A stretch of DNA of 63,829 nucleotides, filler included, from Platydemus manokwari (Eukaryota), in NCBI GenBank assembly GCA_037951405.1. It is 6 parts of 6 records of this genome, joined end to end, with 100 filler letters (N's around TTAATTAATTAA, not from the genome) between each part and the next. Parts side by side here need not be neighbours in the genome. Positions count along the whole stretch, not along the records: positions 45,819 to 54,905 come from JBBMOY011301540.1; positions 55,006 to 63,829 come from JBBMOY011343760.1; 4 more parts are not named here. One strand, given 5' to 3'. Below are positions 53,601 through 63,829 of this stretch, piece after piece. Numbering within the stretch: the first letter of the stretch is position 1; each line of letters begins with the position of its first letter. Both the position numbers and the translations under genes were made by a program. The notes under the pieces were generated by a model that did no database searches, was not told where the DNA came from, and saw only the letters and a list, made by a program, of their open reading frames with translations.

Positions 53601-54836
53601 TAAATAAGGGGCAAACCTTCCTCATTAATTAGTATGACTCCCCAATTAGTGTTGTTATCCATCCATCCTTTTATACATGCATATTTCTAAAACAACAGTT
53701 ATCTTTCAAATCTCAAACCCAATTCACTCAATTAACAATTACTTACAAACTAATGTTGATTTTTACTAACTGATATTGTGCTTCGCTATTTCTCTTTATC
53801 TTTAATGAATGCTTCAATTATTTTTATACTTAATGAATGTATAATGTGTTAATTCTCTTTATGTTATTACGTAGAATAATGATCCTGTATAAATGAGTTG
53901 AGTATTCTTTTAAATTGTGAACCGGAGGGGGTGACAGCAGAAGGCGGCAAAGAATTAAGTAATATAATTAAAGAAGACAAAATTCTTCTGGATTAGCCAC
54001 CATATTTATAGTTTATTTTACCTTAATACATATCGTGTGCTGCACACTGCTGGTTTCAGCGAGGAACGTTTTCCGTGACTTGAATGCCACATTCAATAGC
54101 ATTCTATCGAATATCATTTTATCGATTTTTTCACATATTAAATGTCGAACACATCTCGATTATTAAATAACAAATTATTTTCCCTTTTTGGATTCTTCCA
54201 TCATGAAAATCATTTGACAAAACTATATAACAAGCAAATCAATAACATCTTCACATCTAATTAGCAAGTCATGGTTGAAATATTTTGAGGTGAGGTGGGG
54301 TTTGAAAAATGTCTTTGAAACAATCGACATGTCAAAATGAAGACATTGAGAATTATGGTCGACAAAGTTGTCAAGTTAATTTTTTTTAAGAGATTATTAA
54401 TCATGTTGCAGAATGACTACAAATATAATTTGAATTGGGAACAAGCGTGTCTGGCTGAATAAAATCGTATCGAATTATCGATTTCAAGTAGTCACTCTAA
54501 ATTAATAAACTCATCTATTTTCATAATGTTGTTTCTATAATAATTAATCCCCATTTGTTCTGCTAATCAAATACAATTCCATAATTTTCATCAAATTTTT
54601 ATAAATTATTAACAACCACATAATCCATATGTCTCAAAAATTGCCTTGAATTTTAGCATTGAACTAAACCAATTGATTATTTAAAATAAAATCAAATAGC
54701 CCAAATAAAGGCCACAGCTTGTTGTTTTGTCAAATCAACAATTTTCTCTTGGGAAATATCGGATTGTTATGAAGAGTTATTGATGGATAGAGATATTTGG
54801 ATTTTTTCCTGGTTTAGTCCCTAACATAAATATGAT

Positions 54837-54864
54837 TATAATAATAATAATAATAATAATAATA

Positions 54865-54905
<41 letters not shown>
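54837..54905 (+). repeat. (AAT)n/(ATT)n microsatellite at contig end
   Basis: AAT run switching to ATT run. Confidence 0.85.
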
Positions 54906-55005
54906 NNNNNNNNNNNNNNNNNNNNNNNNNNNNNNNNNNNNNNNNNNNNTTAATTAATTAANNNNNNNNNNNNNNNNNNNNNNNNNNNNNNNNNNNNNNN
55001 NNNNN
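54906..55005. other. Artificial contig spacer
   Basis: N44-TTAATTAATTAA-N44. Confidence 0.97.
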
Positions 55006-56339
55006 TAATAATAATAATAATAATAATCATAATAATAGTAATAAATACCCATAATTTTTATAAAAATTTAATAATAAACCCATTAAATAAACAATAAATC
55101 GATAATATCATTAATTTTGATTACACCAACGTTAATCTGGTCCTCAATGGGAAGATTTACTTATTTTAGAATTTTTCAATGCTCTGACAAAATTGTAAAT
55201 CTTGATTTCATTTATTGTTACCACGATGTGTGCTATTCCATTTTAAAATATTTGTTTTAATTCAGTCTTTTGATATTTAGGTTTTAAGGTCATTAAGTAG
55301 CACATGATCAGTGAAAATTTTTAATGGAATTAAATAAAAATACTTTTGAATTATACGTATAATCATTATGTTCATAGATAATATTGTATTTCTTTATATT
55401 TCGGCTCCAGAAACATTTTGGAATAATTATTACCCTTTTGATTTCGGGAGGTATTGCGCACAAGCCAGTAAATTGCCCTATTAAATGAAATAACAATAAA
55501 TAATAAAACAAGGGCATAAAAAAATTATTAAATATCTTTATGGTTTGGGTTTTTTGATGTTTGGGTCTGTTTTGGTGATTTTTTGGCTATTGGGGCTCGT
55601 TAGCTATTTTCACTGATTACGCCTTAACTCTTTACTAGATCTTAGGGGCTTCAATAACGAGTATGAAGACCACGTTATTTGAATAATTACTGAATGAACC
55701 TAAAGGTCTCGTTAAAGCAATCAATACCCTAACCAAATTTCAATTAAACATAGGGAATAAACAGAGTCTGACTCGGTCTATAGATGTCGTTAAGATCTGA
55801 AGTTAATTCGATTATTATTTAGATTATGACTTGTGCTATATAGCTCAATAGTTAATTTGATTACGATATCCACTCAGTTATTACTAAAGCTCGAGGTTCG
55901 ATGTTTCAATAAAAAGTCGAGACAAGATAATTATTATAAAATAATTTATTTAAAAGCAAAACGTAACAATAGTTGAAGTGAATAACTAAAAGAAATTAGT
56001 TCAATAGTCAGCGCGTTGTCTAAGAGAGTACCCAAAGAAATCCGAAGCGGACGGAGCAACGGTCAATGAATAGAGAAGAAATTTTGGCAAATTGCAATAA
56101 TAATATTATGATAGTGTTGAATATAACTTTTTAAGTAGAAACAGTCTTGTAATTATCAATTAAAATAATATTGGGATGATTGCGCTGAACACAACTTGTC
56201 AAACATGAATAATATTGATATATGACTTGTAAATGTAAATGGCGTCAACGGATAATTAAACTTTTAAATGACTAAAATGGCAATGATGAAGATTAATTAC
56301 CCTTACTCCTCTTAAAGTGATTCGAAAAAATATCCACAC

Positions 56340-58961
56340 CTCCTGAATGATCAATATTTTATTTCTGCTTTCTAGCGAGGAACCGACACCACCTAAACTA
56401 TCAGCAAACTTCAACCCAATCCTGCCAAGACACGATGACAATTCTAACCTAAACGACATCACCTTCGCAGAGAATGAACACACTTTCATAAAATTGGCCA
56501 ATTCAGCACCCGAAAATAGCGGAATAACCTACAAAGACTGGAAAGCAATAGATTTACAGCACATCTTATTCCACTCATTTTTCAACAGGATACTCCAGAC
56601 CAAATCTATACTAAACTAATGGGAAGAGAAAAACATAAACCTTCTCATTAAGCCGGGAAAACAATCTATCTCCCACATCATTACATCATTGAGGCCAATC
56701 GCTCTAACGAACTCTTCCTACCGGATTTTCAACACCACACTCAAGATTCGCCGGATCGATGCCGGCAATCTACTACCTACTGATCAAAAGCCATGTTCGC
56801 ATTGGATGGTTATGCCGAACACAACCCCTACCTGTTCTCCCTACAGGAATACATCGCCCAACACAACAAGGACATGCATATATACTGGATTGATTTCAAA
56901 GAAGCCTTTTCAAGCCTGCATCACGACGTCATATGGTTTATCCTCAACAAGATTGGATGTAATACTCATTACATCAAGATGATTCAATATATGAAGTCTT
57001 CAAATCAACTTACACCTGTGGAATACTGAAAATACGACTAATTCCAATTTACCGAGGGATTAAACAAGGTTGCCTCTTGTCCTTACTCTCTTCTGTTTAT
57101 CAGTAGATTTTCTATTGTAATAGTCTACCAGCATACCGGAACCACTGACTGTCCACAATAACCAGTTCTCGATATTGGCCAACACCGGTGACATCGTCAT
57201 GATCGCAAACTCTGGAGAAAAACTGGAGAATAGGACCAACTACCTGGGACACCAATCAAATGATATACAACTCACCATCAATACATCAAAATGCGGATAC
57301 TTTTCAAAGAACATCAGAAACAGTATTGACCTAACAATCTTCGACCAGCCAATACCAATCGTGGAATAGGACAACCTATACAAATATCCCGGGATGCCTT
57401 TCGGACTTCCAAAACGAACACCAGTGATTCACATACGGGAATAAATCGTCACCGACTTCGAAGCGATTGCAAAATTCAGGCTGTATCCTTCGCATTGCTA
57501 TTCCACCTCAGAATCTAGTAGGTCGAAACTACAAAATTGGATTCAAGACCATTAATAACAGACCAACACGGACAATCAGTACAATCCTTTGACAAGAAAA
57601 TTTGCCAAATCTCCAGAAAAATACTTAGCGTGAACAGCTCCAAATTTAACAACAGCAACTTCCGATACACGCCAACGAAACTTAACGGAATACTGCTTCC
57701 AGAGCATAATCGGAGTCTTTAGATACTCCACGAGCCCGGATCACGACTTAGGAACCTTCATCGCACATCACATCATTAACGTCATCAAACTCCGCGTGAC
57801 AGACTCGGAAGATTTACCAACTTCGCTACTATGGATATCGGACAAATTCCCCACTGAGAAACCATCATCTGCAGCAACATGGTGGACCAAAACTCGGTTC
57901 GCTGCAAGAAAACTCAGAAAAATCAAATCGACGTGGAATTTTGCAAATATCATGCCGATATCTTGCTCAAATTAACCGTGGACCACCAAGACATACCATT
58001 TCAATTTTGATAATCGGGGAAAGCTATCAGACTTACTACATGATACCATTATCATGCACTTTTACCACGAATGAGCGAAAATAAAGAAACAAAGAAGATT
58101 AGTTCACTGCTTCTTGGCCTACCATCTTTCGCAGAAACCTCTCAAAAATCTCCACCTATCACCGGAAGTTTGAATTTTTGCATAACAAGCCAGAAACAAT
58201 CTCCTCCTGTTCAATTACAGCCCCTATTTCATCAAACAAGAGAAATCTGTACTATGCCGAAAATGCCAAACACAACCAGAGACTGACTCTCATATCATCA
58301 TACATTGTCTGGCAGTTCCTGGTCTGGCATCGAAGAGGCACTTAATCATCTTAGATCACCTCGGCAACTATATACAATCTCTCGGACTGGACTCCGACAT
58401 AGATCCAAGCCCACCAGAAACCTCTACGAAACTACGACCGGATCTAATCATCAGAAACAAAGAAAAAAGACATGCTTACATCATCGATCTGAAGATTTCC
58501 TTCGATATCAGTACAAACTCCGAAAAACACCGGTCCTTGAACTACAAGAAATACAGATCAATTGCATCAAAAATCAAAACAAAAACCTCACTAGATGTAC
58601 TCTGCATCGGAGTACATGGCTCGTGGGACCCCAAAAACAATAAGGCTCTCAACAACATCGGCCTAGACGAAGTGCAGATAACACACATTGCAGGCTTCCT
58701 GATTGCAACACTATTAAAAAATGCATTTGCAACATACAAAGTGCACACTGATCAAAGGAAACTGAAGCCACCATCATGAACAAGGGCCTTCAACCAACTG
58801 AGCACAACGGATTGATATCTATCGAATGAAAAATGAGAAAACTGAGCAAAGAATCTCGAAGAAAAATGAATCATTGAAAGAATGCAACTGTATATACTGT
58901 ATATTGATGTGAGGACATGTGCCACTGCATCACCAAGAAAATTATGTTTATGTGAAATAAA
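56340..58961 (+). mobile_element. 5'-truncated, frameshifted non-LTR retrotransposon with RT and C-terminal restriction-like endonuclease (R2/NeSL/Utopia-like group)
   Basis: Ordered motifs NSAPENSGITYKDWK, RPIAL, IYWIDFKEAFSSL, RGIKQGC, INTSKC, YKYPG, a CxxC zinc-knuckle region, LRPDLII, IIDLKI, KY and IGVHGSW. AATAAA at 58956-58961. Confidence 0.88.
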
Positions 58962-61900
58962 TCTTAGTTTAGTAATTATTTTGATTCAAAGGCTTGTCCC
59001 GTTCTCTAGTGCAGCAATGGTTTTACTTTGATTTTCGCAAGTGATGATTTTTCTGTACAATATTCCTGGTTCACCTTTTTAGTAATCTTATTGTTGTCGT
59101 TAACTTTATTTGTGTAGTGGGTGCTTTGGTTTGATTATAGTTCGGTATTGATCCCTTACTGCTGTAGTTATTTTTAGCTCATACGCGGCCCCCGCTTATT
59201 TATTTTTTAACCATTTCGCGGTCTTCACTTTCTGGCCTTTCTTTTTCTTATAAATTTTATTTATTCATATTATTGTATTATATTGTTTTACTATATTATT
59301 ATTTTATTAAGTTATATTATTATTATATCTTATCTTTATATCTGCCAAAATTCTTGACCATCCGATTTTCACATAAAAATATAAAAATTATGAAACCCGT
59401 GGCACAGATATGATTACCATAAAAATTGTCTTATAACATCAGTTTAAAAATTGGACAGTTATCATAACAATTGTCACAATTGTAATAAATTGTCTTTGGA
59501 ACACAACTATTTGGGTTTCAATCGACTGGTGGAGAATAAGATAAAGCCAATTGCAAAAACATTGATAAATTCCTTTGGAAAACTGAAATATCATTCACAA
59601 GTTAAGATCATTTTCCAGAAAACATAATTTTTTTAAAGATTCCTGTGGCGAAACTTCAACACTGAATGCTATTGCGGAATATTTGGAAAAATATTATTCA
59701 AAACGGAAAAGATTAAATGATAATTATCCCTGCTATAAAATATAATTGATGATATAATGATATAATGGATGCAATTTTTGACCATTACGGAAAACACGGA
59801 TCGATTGAATTTATCAATATAAATTGTTATTGTTACATTTAATGTTGACGATATGTCAAATATAATATATGGATATAATCTTGCCATTGAAACGCTGTAA
59901 TCCGGCAAAAATTACGTGATATAAATTAGATTATCAATATTAGCTCATCAGTGAATTGTGTTTAGAAATATGAAAATGAATCATGACATCAACACAAATA
60001 CTCTTTCATAATCACGTTATTTCGATAAAAATAAAGATTCAAAGAACAAATCGAATCATGACAAGAAAGGCTCAGTATGTGAAAGATAAACAAGAAGCAT
60101 CTCGAAATTGCATACCAAAATCCCAATGAAACTCAGTCTGCATGTACTAGATTTGCTGCTAGTGCTCTGGCTTTTAACACAAGGGTTTGATTGTTAGGCT
60201 TCTGATCTCACATTTCCTGTGGGATTATTAGGATATTTGTTGCTTTTTGTGCGTATTTTGACATTCAACGGTCGACATTCAATTGTCAATCATAAAAGAT
60301 TTATGATTAGCTACTGACAAGGTGTTCCTCATTCACAGTCTATCTATACAATATTAGACAGTATATAACGTAATTGAAATAATTAATTCATTAATAATCA
60401 ATAATTATTTTCACCAGAAGTATTGATTCAATCAATATGTCAAACAATTCACTTCAAAATTTTATTAATGAAATGCTTGATAAGATATTTTTGATAAGCA
60501 CAAAACCATATCTCAAAAAATCAATAGATTACTGACAACAATACTTCTGGTAATCACGAAATCTAGCACTTCAATTATTGTGGTAAAAATAGACACGAAA
60601 TAGATCGTTTGGTTAATTGTTTCGAAATCTTACTTATAAATTAATAAGTAAATAAGCTTTCAACGAATGTCGGCAAATTTATATTTTGAAAGAACAACGA
60701 AATATTTAATCAAAACAATATCATTTCAGTTCAGGTTCTTTACATTTTCTGATAGACCTTGTAATGAACAGTAGAGACAACTCATTCCCCTTGTACTCGT
60801 ATCGCCTGATTATCAGTATCATTGATCTACATATATTAAAATCAAACATATTTATTCCTGTATTGTATTTACTGATTTGTAATCTCATTGACACAGCGGA
60901 TATTCTGTGGCATCAGGACACTGGCAAGCGATTAAACAGCCAATTAACTGAATTTAAATGGATTTTAATGACATAATAATACCAATATGGTTTCCATGGC
61001 TACTAATGAGTGGATCATTCTGATTCACAACGCAAATTGTTTAAATAACCTAGTTTTGGCATTCAGTTAAATTTAATCGAGTTTCAAATTAATAAAAAAT
61101 TTTCTTAAATACAATCCAATTAATCAAATAATTTAATGCTAGAAATATTTAACTCGAAACATTAATTTAAAGACATTTGTTAGTTTAACTACATACATTT
61201 AAATCAAATTTTATCATGGCGTCGTGATTGTCATTCGACATTACCATTCATACACTCACCCGAAGATCGACAGGTTATATCATACACACACAATGTGTGA
61301 TTTTTTACGTAATACTCGAATTATCTTAGGAAATCAAATTATGTAAACCTATTAAATTGATTCACATGCGTAAATGTCAAGATTAAATAAACGTGTCCAC
61401 TGTTTAAACAAACTATTTTAATATTTAACAACTGATCATTATTTATCTGAGACTCAAAGGAAAATCTCAAATAACAATATCGAATATATTGATAAATATG
61501 AAATGCCTGCAGTGCTGCCATTCAGTCAACCTTCACAAAAAATATTAACAAACAAACAAGATTTAACAATGCTGAGTTATAAATGTAAAAAAAATGGATA
61601 ACTAAATGTTGGAATGGCAAAACAACGTTGATGCCGACCATAACCGCCACCATCACCGATATACACGGCCAAACTGGTCGATCGATAAGGTTCAATGATT
61701 ATCAGACACAACGTCACCAGACACACAAACAACAATACAAAATGGCGGCCAAAAACATACAGTAAAACACATTCACAAATCGATTAGTATAACCATAACA
61801 ACAAGCATCTCGAAGTCCAAAAATGTCGACAACAATTGAACTGTGCCCGAATAAATAATAATCAACAAGCGATAGAACAAATAATAATAATAATAAATGT

Positions 61901-61993
61901 ATATCATCTAATCCAAGTCGTCTAATCAGTTAATTGTATTCTCCATACACACACACGCACGCATACACATGCTCATGACATTTTGTCCCCACT

Positions 61994-62898
61994 TCACATC
62001 TGTTTCGATTTTCCACCAATAACTGGCAAGCTCGAAATCTTTTCCTTGACTCTGAAAAACATTATTATAAATAGTTGATTACAATTTAATCCAATCGATT
62101 ACATGTCCAAAACTTTAGCCAAGTGGCCACGAGCTGTCAACATGGCTTCATCAATTTGAGTCTAGAAAACATTAATCAATATTAAATGAATAATCAATGA
62201 TTTACTCGATAGAGCATATAAATTTTGGGGCCCGTCAATATGATTAAAACGAACGCCAATACAAGATCGATCAAATTGACACACATTCCCACATAGATCA
62301 TTGCCAAATTAATAAAAAAGAACTAAATTAAAATATTAATTAATCCAAATATGATGATGATTATTATTTTTACTTTAATGGCATCCATGTAGCTATTCAA
62401 GAGAAAAATATCCTTGAAATAAGAAATCGCTTTATTCAAATGACTATTATCATTTTCTGTTTGATGTTGAACAAGTTCTGATATTTTGTTCAAAAACACT
62501 TTAATATCTTTATCCAATATGTCTTGTAATGGATTAGTAGCTTCGCTATTAATGAAATTGGAATAAAAACGTAGCATCATTGATGATGCGATGAAAAACA
62601 ATCCCAAATATGCAATTACAGACACAAACGAGAGGGTTTTAATCATTATCGATAGTAAGACCCAAGCAATAATAATGGATCCAGTAAAAAATGGGCATTT
62701 CCAAGCAATTATGCTTTTAACTAAATTAAAATATCAACTATACTTCAAAGTTCTTAAAAATTACTTGGTCTAGGTAACGATTCTAAGAAAGAACAGTTAA
62801 AATCATATGCTGAAAATATATATTAATCATATTAAATTGTGAATACTAATTGAATTACATTTTGCACTGTCACTATCGTTTGTATCATAACAATTCAT
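61994..62898 (-). CDS. RTN: Short reticulon-family ER-shaping protein (221 aa). Exons 62859-62898, 62765-62809, 62374-62720, 62206-62322, 62103-62161, 61994-62051
   Basis: Spliced translation has the reticulon homology pattern IIAWK...TG...SFVSVIAYLGL...RFY...NPLQ...KDIFLL...DAIK|FF...YVG...GPKIY...TQIDE. Five 44-51 nt GT-AG introns, all in phase. Confidence 0.88.
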
Positions 62899-63804
62899 TT
62901 TTTAAGATTTCTATCAATGTTTATCGGAATAGTTTGTGAAAAAATTACCTTTTGAATAACCTCCTATCTTTGTTCAATTTAAAGTAATTAAAATAATAAC
63001 CATTTAAACAAATATAAGTTATTAGCTTTTTATAAAAATGGAGTATAGATACATTAATAATAATATATTTAATAATAAAAATTGGAGTTTATCTTCGATA
63101 CTGTTTTTTTATTTACTAATTTTTTATTATTTTAGCAAATAATATCCTCCAAATATAGAAAGTTATTTAAATTTTGCTCAATTAGCATTTCAGTTTAATT
63201 TTTAATTTAAACATTTGTGATGCAATTACAATTTTGTAATAAGCAAATTTATTAAGTAAAGATTATTTTATGCAAACAAAAAGCAGATAATGTGAACTTG
63301 TGCAATCCAATATGAAAGGATACTAAAGTATGTAGCATAATTTACAGAATTTATTGTATAAGGTTTTCTAATATAATTTGAGGAAGGCTTGCAGAAACAA
63401 AAGTTTTACTTTTTGGTTCTATAATAGGTTCACTCAGTTAAAATATACAATCATTTTCAAATCAATGTTTCTGCAATATTCTTAATAGGGTTCCACAATT
63501 TAAGCTTATATTATATAGAAGTTGATATATAAGGCAAGCTATTCTCAGAAATCTTCTCGAATATAATGTAAAAATTGTTCGAATTGTATGAAACATTATT
63601 TTCTAATGTTGAGATTTCACCAGTAGCTTATATGGTGATTAAACAATGTATTTTAATAAATACTTCATTATTCCGTTTTGCCTTTAATAAAGTATGCATT
63701 TTTTAATTACTTTCTATATCAACATTGGGTTGTTTATGTTTGAAATTACTATTTTAAATATTGTTAATAAATAATAATATAAACTAATATAATAAAAATA
63801 ATAT

Positions 63805-63829
63805 TAATAATAATAATAATAATAATAAT
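63805..63829 (+). repeat. (AAT)n microsatellite at window end
   Basis: Visible tandem run. Confidence 0.85.

Overview
AT-rich eukaryotic (animal) genomic DNA with ~45-50 nt minimal introns. It looks flatworm/planarian-like, but that is inference only. Six segments are joined by artificial 100-nt spacers (N44-TTAATTAATTAA-N44), so adjacency across spacers is not evidence of linkage. The standout feature is in segment 2 (11492-23155, minus strand): an apparent Dscam1-style mutually exclusive splicing locus built on a MAM-like domain. One signal-peptide exon (21566-21614) is followed by 13 paralogous exons (V1-V13, 12389-21253), each encoding the N-terminal part of a MAM-like domain. All 13 are phase 1 to phase 2 with length 1 mod 3, so neighbours cannot be joined in frame. 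A single intronic docking site (21501-21540) lies about 25 nt after the leader donor and is complementary to a selector about 40-90 nt upstream of 12 of the 13 exons, with many substitutions compatible with G-U pairing. The downstream constant exon is not confidently located. The rest of the window holds an intronless internally duplicated ankyrin-repeat gene, HRD1/synoviolin with an intronic pogo-type transposon relic, two RICTOR exons, an orphan two-exon ~1180-aa gene, a reticulon gene, Gypsy relics, a degenerate RLE-type non-LTR retrotransposon, a dispersed repeat and microsatellites.
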